A DNA stretch of 64,000 nt. Origin: Selaginella moellendorffii (taxonomy: Eukaryota > Plantae > Lycopodiophyta). The notes below the pieces were generated by a model that did not search any database, was not told the origin of the DNA, and saw only the letters and a list, made by a program, of their open reading frames with translations. The DNA is taken from contig NW_003314286.1 of the NCBI RefSeq assembly GCF_000143415.4, forward strand, positions 635,766-699,765, given 5' to 3'. Positions 33,691 to 48,062 of the stretch are shown in pieces (position 1 is the first letter of the stretch; the number at the start of each line of letters is the position of its first letter). Position numbers and translations under genes: made by a program.

Positions 33691-35312
33691 TGGTGCCTTT
33701 AGGACCCACTGCCACGCCTTTGTCGCCCTCTTCGCCACCTTTCACCACAATGCCCCAGCACTCTATGACGTCGGGAGTTATGGCTGCTTGGCTCGACAGC
33801 GCTGGACTGTTGAATGTCACCGACGGATACGTGCTTCCCCGATCGAATGCCGAGTGGATGAACAGCCCAAAGTGGTGAATCTGGCCCCCAAAGCCGATTC
33901 CGTTTGGTATGTTGGGAGAAGTGTAGTTTATCGCGCACTGTACGTTGGAGAAGTTTGAGAAAAAGCAAAAGAAACGCGAAGAAAGTTTACCCATTGCAAG
34001 TTTGAGTTTGAGCCGGATGGCCGATGGATAGCCGCTTCTGGGTACAATGTGAACAAAAAGCACTTCATGTCGCCGTAGAATTCGCTGTGCTTTTCCCACG
34101 GCTGAGAAGCATAGCCACCGTAAATACAGCCCTCTTTGTCCTTGATCACCAAGATCGTGCATCCTTTCGAAACACTGGAGATGGATCGTTCACAGAAAAG
34201 AATCTCATTGAAGAAAAGGAAAAGAGAGGAACACTACCTCACACTCTTCAAGAAGGTGTTGAAACTCGCTCCATTCACTGAGCTGTGGTAGAGGAGCATC
34301 CAGTCCTCGCACTCTTGCGGTTGTAGCTTCCCGGCGATGTGCCAAGCGTGTTCTCTTCTCAAAATAATGTTTTGGTTGTCAAGCTTTGGTGGGATCAAGA
34401 ACTGAGGGACCTGGCGCCCACGGATCACTGCACTGTAGAAACAGATCTAGCTAGTTATACAGTACAGAAGAAGGAAAACTCAAGAACCTGTTCCTGGAGA
34501 ATGTAATATGTTCGTGAGAAACTTTTTTGCTGAGGGCACCAGCTTACACCACCGATGAAACTCTTGAGGGGTCATCAAGAGCTTTCCTTGATCCTCCGTC
34601 CATCTCACGGGTTTTAGAAACGCTTGGACGCTTGAGTCTGGCAAGCCATCGCCAGTGACGGCGTCCTTGGGGCCAAGAACAGTCTCTAGCATGGAAAGAA
34701 TCACAGCTTCGACCTCCTCTCTGACAATAACAACAAATACATGGTTTCGTTTCTTTGTAATTCCTCAAAACCGAACCTGTCAGCGAGATCGTCGCCATTC
34801 AGATCGAGCAGCTTAAACATGAACTCCTCCACTTCGTCAGGAAAGCCTTTCTCATATTTTGCCTGTGGAAAGGAAAGAAAGAACGAAACTGAGAGTTGAG
34901 ATGTCGCGAAGCAAACCTTAGCGGTGACGAAATCTCGATAAGTCATACGCTGGTCTTTCCGGAGCTGAGTAACCAGATCAAAGAGACGAGATCCAAGAGC
35001 GCCATGGATTCCGTAGTAAGCCTGCCAAAGAGAAAAGAGACTCAGTGGGGGAGAGAGAGAGAGAGGATCTTGTGTACCTGGAAGGCTGAAGCGATGATAT
35101 ACTCTCCATTGCTTCGGGACTGCGCAGCAAGCGAGAGGTAGAGCTTCTTGAGCTGATTCACCTCCGATTCCGAGAACCTCCTGATCAGATCAACGTAGCG
35201 CCGATCGCGAAAATGTGAGAGAGTAGCGCATCAATGCAGCGCCGATCGGGAAATGCGACACGCACCTGCAAACAAGCTCGAATTCCTCGTCGCGACTCTC
35301 ACTGTTCCCCAT
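33620..35312 (-). CDS. TLDc-domain protein with EF-hand-like region (MEAK7/TLDC1-like), N-terminal MG
   Basis: MGNSES start; FMFKLLDLNGDD; WMLLYHSSVNGASFNTF; IKDKEGCIYGGYASQPW; GIGFGG; GTILERFKEERNMLNLVGIA. Confidence 0.9.
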
Positions 35313-35518
35313 CGAAAACCCTAAAACAACGTGTCAAAAGAGAAATTGCCACTTCACCACGAAGAACGTTAAGACATTGGAGCAAATCTTTTATAAACAA
35401 TGGATATAAACTTGCGAGCGATCGATTTAATTACAAAAAGTACGTCCTCTTTCTCGATCACGATTTCACGACTTCTTCGTCATGCCTTCTTTCCTCGAGC
35501 TGGTCGACGATCGATCAC

Positions 35519-36681
<1,163 letters not shown>

Positions 36682-37039
36682 CTTTCTCACAGGCCAAAGT
36701 TCCTGCTGTGAGCCTCTTCTTCCTCCCTGCCTTGGAGCTCGAGCTGCTTTGTCCAGGAGTTTGTCAGCTCGGGATTTTTATACCTCCCAAGATGTTTCCA
36801 ATGCCTACGCGATTTGGTTGGAAGGTTGAGTAGCTTGTGAACAAGTACATTGTCAACCACCTCCTTATGAACAGCTTTAAGCCAAAGTTTACATTTCTTC
36901 AGAATAACTCTTGACGCTTGTCAAGATCACTAGTTTGCTGCGTTGGTTGAGAGTGGAGTATTGATAAATCCTAAAAACATTAAAGTAATATTTGTTGTCT
37001 ATGAACAGCGATAATAAAATTCGCATAAACAAAAAACTC

Positions 37040-40000
37040 TTATCTCTTGCGCTTAGTACCACTCCCCTTGCCTTTGCTTGCCGAGGCACTCGGAGTGGTA
37101 GCCTTTCCTCTGGTCTGCTTAGTTTTACTAGCACTACCATTACGCTTAGCTGCAGAAAGATTGTAATATAAGTACGCGTCCTAAGTTTTGGGTAGCTCAC
37201 CTCCACTGGAATTTTCGCCTACAACATTAACTTCATACCCCGCCTTTGCCATCTTCAGTGCATCTGGAGAAAGCCAATCAGAACCATTGAAACTGAAACT
37301 CAGAGACAAACCTAGGCCGCTTTCCTTGTTCTCAACTTCGTCCACTTCCTCGTCAGCTTCGTCTAAAAGCTCCATTAGCACAAACTACGATGTAAAACCT
37401 TCCAACGTACCTTCATCCTCTTCTTCTTTGAGTACTTCATCCCCCTCTGCATCGTCTTCCAGTGTGACAAGTCGAGCCTTCTTCTTCGAAACTTTCTTCT
37501 GGCCCGGAAATACAGAAGGCAAGAGGTCGGCGGTTTTCACACGCCGGGATTGAATACTTTGGGTAAATCCTCTTGTAAGTGCTGCTTTTACTGCTGGAAG
37601 AACTCCCTCCAACGGGTCAGGACGCCCCTGAAACGCCACACTTGAGCACACAGAGTAACTCTCAAGAACATACTACCTCAAACTTAGTGATATCCAGAAT
37701 CGTGTCCATGTCCCCTTGAGTCAGCGAGTATTCCTCCATGACATCAATCACAGCTCGTACTGCATCGCTCTGCAATCGAAACATATATGTTCAACATATA
37801 ACTCCTATAAGTCATAGCTTTGAACCTTGTCCATGGTACGTAATGGTTGAGTCAGTTGCGTACTTAAAACTGGGAAATAATCTAGCCGCAAGTCCCTCCT
37901 GAAAATCACATGGTTAGAGTCACGTTTTTTCAAGACAACTAAATACCGAGTAGGCTCGCCAATACGAGAGCAAAGCACGTGCGCGTGAACATCTTCTAGC
38001 AAACGGGTTTTCTTGCCAAACGTGGAGTTTTTACCAAGCCAGCCCCCAAATCTATTGAAGTTTCGTTCCCCCTACAAACAGGTGACTGAGAAACTCCGGT
38101 TCAAGTAGCAAAATTCTAATTATGAAATGACTGTACCTGAGTAAGCACTTCCCTTTTCCCATGCATAAGGGAAGCACTGCACGATAGAAACTCACATAAA
38201 AATCAAAGCAGACAATATTAACATCTACTTACGGAATGATAGAAGACATGAAAGCACTTGACCGAGAGAGTTGCCATTGCCGAAACCTTCGAATTTGAAC
38301 ATTTAGAATGTCAGCACTCGCTATACTTGTAGCCGCCTGAGCAAGAAGATCCATACGAGCTGTTCCATTGGCGTCTCGCCCAGCACCAGATGGTACAAAA
38401 TTTAGATAATTTTCCTGGTTGAACGCAAATAATCACAGTCGAGCTTCAGGCAAGAAGCAGTTAGTTACCTGTATAATAAGTGGAACCAAATCCATGTCCG
38501 ACATTGCCAGGTCTATTCTGTCGTCCATTTTCAGCCTGCCTCCCTCAAATCCCATTAATCTAACAAGAGAGTAAATGTCAGCCAATGCATAACGAAAACA
38601 CGACCTACTTGTCAACCGCAGAAAACGGGCTGATATCTTCGTCTTTCCCACTGGCCACTGCGTACTGTTTGATATCATCATACTTCAAAACACTTTTATG
38701 CAAGCTCATGTATTGAAGCTGATTCAGAGCGAGCCGCATATCCCCGTGGGTGCGTTCTGATAGTTCCTCGAGTGCTATCTGCAGAGGTGACAACCGGTAA
38801 GAACTGGAATTGATTTTCAATGGATTACCGTATCAATGTTTAGCTTTTCTGAACGTGCTATATCTTGGAGTCTTTTAGCCATCTGAAACATGAAGTCAAT
38901 CAACACTGAATAACAGCAATGCTTTCACAGTACCTGTTGTTTAGTGGGTTTCCTGTACGACAATAAAAGACAATAGTTGACGAGGCTTTTCAGCTTTTGA
39001 CTGTAGCGATCATTGCAGATACAGATGATCGGAACTTTGCTGGTCTTGATACTTGCAATAAGATCTGCTACTCCACCACGATCACCCGCCGACATGCCGT
39101 CAACTTCATCCATAATAAGTACCGATTGTTTTTGCTTGTTTCCTGCCCTGTAACACGTGCAGAGTTATAATCTTGTAAAGCCCTTTTGATATCGTACCAG
39201 CCTCCCAGAGATGCATTGCTAACCATTTCTTTCACGGCGTTGGACGTAGAGCCTCCTATTCCTCTTACTATTTTAGAATCTGCTTTACCACGACTATCAC
39301 TTGCATTTACCTGTAAAGAAGAGTAAGGTCATTGTTAGTTCTGAAGGTCATATCAGAACTATAACAAGACAGACCTCTACAGCTTCATATCCCAGCTCTT
39401 CGCATAGAAGCCTAGCAGTTGTAGTTTTTCCAATGCCAGGTGGCCCGCACAGAAGCACAGCCTTCTTTGCAGCACTGCTGCTGGCGGCCTTCTTACCTTT
39501 GGCACTTGCAGCCTGAGCGTTGTTGTTTTTATCCCAGTCTGAGAGCCAGTCTTTTAGTTGTTTTACCTGCGCCAAGCACGTGAATCAAACCATTGTTCCG
39601 AATAAAGAGTTGAGATACTTACAATGGACTGATTTGCGATAATATCAGCACTTGTTTTTGGTTTGTGCTTAAAGGGCCACGTTTCTTCTTCAGTCACTCC
39701 AGCTCGACTCGACTGCGGCGCTGATGCTAATCCTTTTGAAGGTGAGATCTTTGGAGGCGGCTGTTTCTCTTCCACTTTCGGCTTCTTGTCTACGTGCAGT
39801 TGCGCACTAGTTCCTGTGAAATACATAAGAAACGCAAAGAAAACTTATTGCGCACTATATGAAGCAAGTAATTACCTTCTGCTGGGCGCTTCGCAGGTAC
39901 TTTCGAAGGCGAATCAACCTTTGGTTTTGACGCACGAATTTTGTCAAAGAGGCCATCCTCGGTAATAAATGGAGTTCTGCAAAGACGTCTAGCGATGAGT

Positions 40001-40867
40001 AGCTCAGAAGAGAGATGAAACTCACCCCAAGTCATGAGCCTTCTTGGACTTTTGACCCCCTACATCTTCATCCGCAAGTAAGAAACTCTGCAATACCTCA
40101 GCTCTATTTCATTAATCTAAGACATCCTCAAAACGCACCGTTTTCTTGCTGACCGCAGACGTCACTCGACCACCATGTCTCTTGATCAGATCTTCAGCTT
40201 CTTCGCGCTCGAGACTGTCCAGTGTTCCACTGATAACAAACGTAAGACCAGCCAACGCATTCTCGGCTCCCTCTGGAACTTCCTACATTCTCAAAAGCAA
40301 TGAATGCCACCACCAAGAAGAAACTAGGCGAAAGAAGCATGCTTTACCTTCTCTCCTTTGTGTGGAGGCGCCTCTCGAGCACCAAAGTTGAAGTTTCCAC
40401 GACCACCTCCTCGGCCTCTACCGCCGGCTGGCTTCTCACCCGCAGCACCCCTCCCTCTCCCTCGTCCACGGCCTCCTTTTGGAGAAACTTCCGCCACGGA
40501 ATCATCCTTGGATACGTCAGCTTGCGCTGGCTTCTCACTCACGCTATCGCTCTTTGGTCTACCACGTCCACGGCCCTTGGGAGGGGAGTCCTTCTTCTCA
40601 TCCTTGGTAGATTGCGCTGGTTCCTCGCTCACAATCTCCTTTGCTTTACCTCTTCCTCTCTTGCCCTTTGGCGAGATTTCTTCCTTGGCAGCCTCTGCTG
40701 GCTTGTCGCTCTTGGCTGCTCTTCCCTTGGCCGGCACTTTCGCATCGCTCGATTGCTGCTGCTGCTCTTCCGCCTTCTTTTGATGCGGCTTCAAGAGCCA
40801 CTTCCGGAGATCGCCAGACTGCCAGCACACGACGAATCAGAGAGAAAGAGATCGCCTTTCTTACCAT
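37040..40867 (-). CDS. RFC1: Replication factor C subunit 1, many short introns; exon 1 contributes only the ATG
   Basis: M|SGDLRKW N-terminus; BRCT ([32 protein letters not shown]); Walker [10 protein letters not shown]; [14 protein letters not shown]; [13 protein letters not shown]; [11 protein letters not shown]; C-terminal KRKR. Confidence 0.96.
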
Positions 40868-41177
40868 CGCGATTCGCGACTACGCGCTCCGCATTTAGGG
40901 TTTAAGCTAGGGCTTAGATGTAGTATCTTTCGCGAATATCCCAAGCTCTGTCTCGTGGTTAAGTTGTGACTAAAAGCCTCACGTTTTCAAATGGGCGTTT
41001 AAGCGGGAGTTTGTCAACGCGGCGCGTGACTTGACGTCCGTCAAGTCTAAACGGCAGAAAGGCTATAGAGTAAATAACACACTCAGAACTTTAGGGTTCT
41101 TGAGAGCGCTCTCTCTTCTTCTTCCCGGCTTCCCAGATTTCCCTCTTGCGCGTAGCCTGGCGCTCTAGGCAGGCACA

Positions 41178-42367
41178 ATGATCGGATCGTTCGCGACGCG
41201 GGGGATAACGTGAGCTCGCTTTCTTTTGTTTTTATTTCCTTCCCGGACTGAGCGATCCGTGCAGGATGTTCGTGGGGTACCTCTATCCCGCCTACGAATG
41301 CTTCAAGGTCGTGGAGCAGCGGAGACCCAGCGTGGAGAGCCTCAGACTTTGGTGCCAGTACTGGTGAGAAGAATTCGAATTCCGGCACTGTGTGATTCTT
41401 GAGTCGGTTCCTCTTTCAGGATTCTCATCGCCTTGGTCACTGTGATGGAGAGATTTGCTGACACTTTCATTTCGTGGTAAGCACGGTTATTTGTTTTCTT
41501 CCGCGGTCAGTCAGAGTTTTTGTCCCGCTTTGCAGGATTCCGATGTACCAGGAAGCTAAGCTCGCATTCATCATCTACCTCTCGTTCTCAAGAACTCGGG
41601 TAAGCAAAATTTCTTCCAAAGGTTTCCTTAGATTCACAATTCTCCTCTTCCAGGGAACGGCATACATTTACACCACATTCTTGAGACCTTACGTTGCGAG
41701 CCACGAGTCCGAGATCGATCAGCACCTAAACGAGCTAAGAACCAGAGCTCTTGACTTTGTGGCTGCGTACTGGGAGAGGAGCTCAGCGTTTATGCAAACC
41801 AAGTTCTTCGAGATCCTCCAGTACGTTGTTGCTCAGGGCCATAGGCCAGCAGCTGCACAGCCCCCGCCACCACCGCCACCGCCACCTCCTGCTCAGGTAA
41901 TTCTCAAGGATTGTTGAGGAGTTTATCAGAAACTGATGACTTCAAACTTTTCTCTTTTTTAGGATCCTCCTCCTCCTCCTCCTCCCGGCAATTATCCGCC
42001 GCCTCCTCAAGTTCCTATCCGACCAACTGGAGCGTTTTATCCGCCTGCGCTGCCTCCCGGCTACGAGGCATCAGCTCCTCCAGCTCCAGCAGCTCCACCC
42101 GCAGCAAATTTCGGGCCAGTGGCAGCGGACGCTGGATACAATCCTGGCTTTTATCCTCGCTTTCCAATGGTTCAAAGTCCGCCTGTAGCTCCACAGAACC
42201 TGCATACGGTGATCCGCGAGCACATTGATCTGGAGGAAGAGGAAGAAGAGATTGTTATGAGGCCAAATGGCAATGCTGCTGGGGTGGTAGCATCATCTTC
42301 GTCAGCTGCCAGATACATGACAAGGAGCAGGCAGCGAGCGACTGCCAGCGGTAATCGAGCTCGGTAA
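41178..42367 (+). CDS. HVA22-like (TB2/DP1/REEP) protein with Pro-rich C-terminus
   Basis: GYLYPAYECFKVVE...LRLWCQYWIL...IPMYQEAKLAFIIYL...GTAYIYTTFLRPYVASHESEID. Confidence 0.92.
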
Positions 42368-42886
42368 GAAGCAGAAAGCATTTTTGGGAGCTGGCATGTA
42401 CAGGGATTGTTTTTTTTTTTGCTCGCCTTATAACTTTTTGCCTTCGCAAGCACGCAGGCAAGAAGATCTGTACACATTTAATCATTCCTGCAAATCAAAC
42501 TTAGTTTTCTCGCCCATCAGTTTGGTGGCAAGTCGAGGTCAGCCAGCCTTGTCTCTGTATCTCTGCTTGGTTTCCAGGTTCTTCTTTAATAATGGTGCTG
42601 GCAAAAGTATGACCGTGTCGATAGAACCTGGGAGCACTGTTGAAGCACGAGGAGAACTAAGTTGGAAGAAGACACAAGACTTTTTCGTCAAGGTTGGATT
42701 TCTAAGAAGCTACGACCCTTTTTTGATTAAGCTCAATGTGCTCACTCTTTTGGATTGTTCCATGCAGCAGCTTCCTCCACAGGCTCGTGGCAGCATTTAG
42801 CGGTGAGTCTATCTTTGCTAGTTTCTGACTTTCATTTTCTACAGCTTATTACAAAATAGTGATACCGTCACCCATAGACGAGCACG

Positions 42887-44145
42887 CTATAACTTTTGGC
42901 TAACTTCTTCTTGTAGAACATGAAGCAGCATTTGGTTCCACATATCGATTGGCCCTGGCAAGCACCAGTGCAGGCAGTCATGGACTACGAGATCCTCCTG
43001 ACCTCTGTATCTCCCAGGATGTCCATCTGGCCTCAAGAACATACTCCTGGTGATGTCGATGATCCTGAACTTGGCGCGGCTTTTTCTGGTAAGCACCTCC
43101 CTTGACGCTTCAAGTTGTAATCTCCTCATCTCGCTTGGCGTCCAAGTGACTTCACTGCTCTGGTTTGCTGTAGGCTTGGTCTTGTTACAGGTGCCACCCG
43201 AGTTCCACTGCCCGTGCTCATAGTGCGACATTGCTTCCGTCCGGAGGATCACTAGGCCACTGAAGCCGGCACTGTGAAGCACATATTCCAACGCACTTGC
43301 AAACGCCATCTTTAGTCCATATGTGAACTTCACGTCTGGTAAGCTGCTGTGTGGAAGCTGCTCATTGCGTCCAACTGTGGTGTTCTTGACGTAATAGATG
43401 CTTGGCCGGAAGAACCACTGTCCTGCGGAGATGACCACAATGTCGTACGAGGAAACCTCCGAGGCCCAAACCGCTTCTGGAGTGTCGAGGTGGATCTCAA
43501 AGGCCTGGGAGGTTCTCCGGTGCTGGACGAGCAGCGGCGACCAGAGGATCGCGAGAACGAAGCCGTGAGAGGGGAACTCGAGCTTGATATCCTTACGTCC
43601 TCGCGCGTAGAGCTTGCGGGGCGTCTCTACCTGGAACACTAGAAAGATCGAGAGGTTGTGTAGCAGAAACGAAAGTTTTACCTGTGATAGAGAGCACAAG
43701 AGCGACTGGTGGTGATTCCGGGCCAGCGAGTCTCCAAGGAACAGTAGCTTCTTACCTCTCACTAAACTCAAGTAGAGACTGGGATCGAAATGTGGCAGCT
43801 CGCAACTATCCGGTTTCCATCGCCACTTAAGGTACTCGTTATCTGGTCTTCCATTCTTCTCGCAATTTTGAGCTGGTTGGATGAACTCGCAGGTCCCGTT
43901 TGTGTACAGAGGACGTCCTGTTGGATCTCGTATCCACTTCCCATGGGAGAGATCACACTCTGTTCCTGCCACTTTTGAGCATTAAATTTTCGCTTTTGTC
44001 CATTGCTGTTTGTCTTCTTACCTTCATGTTTGGTTGTAGGATCCCAAAGTAGGCTCTTGTAGGTGATGAACCACGCTGGACAGATGAAAACGATTAGTCC
44101 TGTGAACCTGGAAAGTAGAGTTGGAACCGATCTTTTGGCTCTCAT
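42887..44145 (-). CDS. Trichome birefringence-like (TBL/PC-esterase) polysaccharide O-acetyltransferase
   Basis: N-terminal TM; CDLSHGKW; NCEKNGRPD.YLKWRWKP..C; FLGDSLARNH; RPDGHP; DCLHWCLPGPIDMWN. Confidence 0.95.
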
Positions 44146-44449
44146 TCGCTTGAGTGGAGTTTACGGGGGATTTTGAGAAAAAAGAGAAAAAAGAGAAGAC
44201 GAAGAATGTGGTCGTTTGGATGTTGTTATCCGTTTCAGGGGGCAAGTCATTCTCCTTCGTAGTGGGGCTTTCTCTTTCTTTGGAAATTCTCTTTGGAAAT
44301 TTCTAACCCTGCTGACAATAATAAAGCGATGCATTCAAAATTATAACTTTAATTTGCAGCACAATAATTTGGTTCGCTTTGTTTGTGTGAAAGTTCTGTT
44401 TGTAGGTGAACCCTAACTGGGAACTGCAGATCTGTCAAGTGGAGGGGTG

Positions 44450-47400
44450 ACAGCAAGTGTGTCCATGAATGTGAGACGATCCCTATTAGACTGCTACAAC
44501 GTTCTTCATTTTACTGATGAAGACAACATAAGTGGATAATTGTTCTGATTTCCATCACAGGATTGTAATATTAAACATACAATGAAAGGATTAGTATTTA
44601 TTGTGTCTAGCTTTTAAATTTGTCATTATTTTCAGTTTCAGTTTGGAAAAACAATTGGAACAAATCATTTGATAGCTGCATTTAAGGCATAAACTCCAAG
44701 GCAGCAGTTCCTATTATCTATATCATTAGGCCAATTGGACTGTATTCCATGCAAATAAATAGTCCAACTCATGCAAAATGCCTATTAGCCATGTCTTCTC
44801 ATTTTAATACACTTAAATTAAGCTTTTTAAAGATTATTATAAAATGCCTTACAAGATGGAGGAGGTTTTACAATCTGATGGAGCAACAAGGGCAAGTTTG
44901 AAGTTGTTTTTTTCGTAGTTAGAGCCTGGAAAGTAATGCTTAATGAAGAGTATGTAAGCAATTAAGTTCAAATATAGAGGGAAAGGGTATATGAACAAAA
45001 ATGCACCTTTTTTTTCCAATTAGTTAAATATTTTGGGATATTTAAGGTTAAATGTCCTCAGGTTTCTGTTAGTCAAAAATCTAAATCCAAGAGCAATATA
45101 AAATTACAGTGATTGAGCCAAAGAAGAATCAATTGTTATAGTGTATAAGAAGCAATCTATTGAGTAATGAAGCACCTCACAAGGAGTTACTAGGTAACTT
45201 ATGCTTCCATTGGTTCCTTGTTCTTACGTGCTAATTGAACATATACTTAAAGTAAATTGTAAAACACTAAATTGTATTATGCTTGGTCTGGTTTTATATG
45301 TGTCTAATTCAGGTATAGTTATACTAAAAGATATAATTACTGGAAAAATGTTTTCAATCTAAAACTAAATCTTAAATATAATTCTTATATATATATATCT
45401 TAGAAAAAGGTGTTATTTCATATTCTTGTAATGATGTTCTTGTTTATAACATTTTATTTGTAGATGATTGCAATAGATGATGACATTCTCAAGATCATTG
45501 TTCTAAAAAAAAATTATTCAAGTCTTTTTGTTATGTGGTTTTTAGAGGGATATAGTTTGCAAATTTTTTACAAGAAACACTTGCTGGAATTTATTCATGA
45601 AGAAGATGTTTAAGGGCTTCATTAAAACTATAGGGTGGATATTGAAAGTTATGCAACAAGGTTATGAGGTCACTTATCTAGTCAATGATTGCATAGCAAA
45701 AACCATTAGAACTAAATATACACCACCATAGCAATAGCTAATAAGATCTAGCTAAGACAATCCACTTTAAGATCATCTCACACCATTTATTCTACCTAAT
45801 TTGGAATTTTCTTGGGTGGGACTTAGGGGAGTCTAGTGTTATGAAGATCTATGTCATTTGAGGATGATGAAAAGAAACTAGTAAAATATTTAGTAAAACT
45901 TTAAATTATGTTTCTGTGGCAAAACAAAATTACTATCTACAACAATAAATCAATATGGGGTAAAGCCTCGCAACTATAATTGTGGGCCCAAGGATGGATA
46001 TGGTCAAGGGAATTTTTTTTTTATGTTAGTTTCGGCTAATTGCAAGTAGCACAGTTTTTGTGCTCATTTGTTGAGTAAGGTAAGACATAAATTTATATCC
46101 AATGACACTATATTAAGTTTAGAGAGAAAAAGATAACAAGTAATTCTCTAGCTCATGTCATCTCCATAATATTTAACTAAAAGCCAAATTACTCACCTCA
46201 AATCTCTCTCTCTTAGTCATACAAAATTGTGAGAAGGGTTTTTCAATTGTTTGCAAGTGCCAATTATGAAATTTTGGTATTGCTCCTTGAGTAGTTTAAT
46301 TTAAATTAGTTTTGAGTTTGATCAGAAAAAAATTGAGAGCTTATTTATGTTATGAATGATATTGTGTTTTCTAAACAACTAATCAGATACTCTAGTGAAT
46401 ATGTGATTGCACATACTTACACTATATATTTATACATGTTTGGATTTATATTATTATTTTGAGTTGCATGTTAAATTATTATGCATACAATCACTTTTTG
46501 ATTATTATATAAGCAATCGAAATGTGATTGTATATATAATATTTTTGTCATGAGATATGCCATAGGGCATAACACCTCAAATTGTCGTGCAAGACTAATG
46601 CCACATTAGCTCAAACATTATAACATAACCACAAATCTAGTGAGGGTTTTCTATTATGATTATCTCCTCTCATTTCATGTAGTTGTGGCTCATTTCTCAC
46701 ATTTGCAGCACGCCTTAATAAAAGTATAGTGCTTCAATCATTATCACAAGTGCCTCTCATTTCTATAAGTGTATTTACCCTAATCTACATTACAATTGAT
46801 TGGCATAGAGGAGAGTGCAATTGATTGGATTGCAAAGCCAATATTTTCACAAGTAAATAGATCTTATTTCAATTGTGTTAAGGTATTAATTCTATTAATT
46901 TCTCACATTTTTAATCATGTGCTAAATTTTTTGGCATTGTAATGATTTGTTGTACAAAATGCTTTTCATGACACTCATCAAAGAAAAAGCCTAAAACACA
47001 TAGCAGCAACCTTAGCTTATATGGCATCCAAAAGGTGCTCAAAATCTAATTTGCATGTTGAAAAATATTACACCCTTAAACCCTAAATGTAACCTTGCTA
47101 ACTTGTTGAAGTTGAAATTTACATAGTGCAAAAAATTGTATACATGCCACTAATATGAATTTTGCCATACATATATGGTGAGCACTAATACATGCAAATA
47201 CATAAAAAAAAATTGTATTAAAAAATATTATTTTATATATTACATATGTATGTTACAATAATTTAAGCATAGATGTGATTTTGTTTTATATATTTTGTAG
47301 CCTTACACAATTTTTTGCTAAGCCACTAACCCTAGGTACACCTCCCCCCAAAATTGTTATCACAAATTGCTTGCTATACGAATCACACAAAATGGATTTA

Positions 47401-48050
47401 AATAAAAAACACTTAATCAATACTAAAATATACTATAAATGAATACAAAACATATATATATATTCAGATATTTTGCAAAGATAACATTTAAATCAACAGA
47501 TCATAACACAAGAAGGTGCCAAGCACAAGAAAAAAGGAAAAAGAAAATAAAAGAGAATCCATAAAAATATTAGGGTATCAAACTCTGTCATTCTTAAGTA
47601 ATTTAGACAAAATAAGATATAATTATTAAGATGAAATATAACTATGTTCCATGTTTCCTCATAAAATTCACTGGAGTAAATTATATTATTAAACCAAACG
47701 AATAGCAGGCAATGAAGCCAAAGATGGAAATAGCCCTTATCCATGACAATTTCAAACTATTATACTCTGTATTCATCTTTCTACAAATTCAATCCTCAAA
47801 TATTTTTCAAGCACAAACATGCATCATTAACTTATAATATAATCATGTCCCATAGAAAGTAGAAAATGAGTAGTATCAGCAAATCATATCTTATATCACG
47901 TCCAAAACTTTGATCTATAGATAATATAACAATAAAGATTAAGTGAAAGAAAATCAATATATCTTTGAGTATAATATATAAACTTGGTTAAACACCAAGT
48001 AAATTTATCATAATATTTTAAGAAAATAAAAAAATAATATATAAAATAAA
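44450..48050. other. AT-rich 3.6-kb gene-free island, probably decayed repeat or transposon DNA
   Basis: Sharp AT enrichment relative to the flanking genes; no long ORF; exon-like shards at ~44830-45700. No termini identified. Confidence 0.4.
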
Positions 48051-48062
48051 AATGTAGAGTAT

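Noticed and set aside
37181-37651. Apparent premature stops in the RFC1 C-terminal region
   Set aside because: Explained by short GT-AG introns.
40890-41010. E2F-like sites (TTTCGCGA, GCGGGAG) and a telo-box upstream of RFC1
   Set aside because: Plausible for a replication gene, but the E2F matches are imperfect and such short motifs are common by chance.
44830-45700. Possible transposon-borne Ulp1-protease or transposase remnant
   Set aside because: No catalytic motif or termini could be read with confidence.
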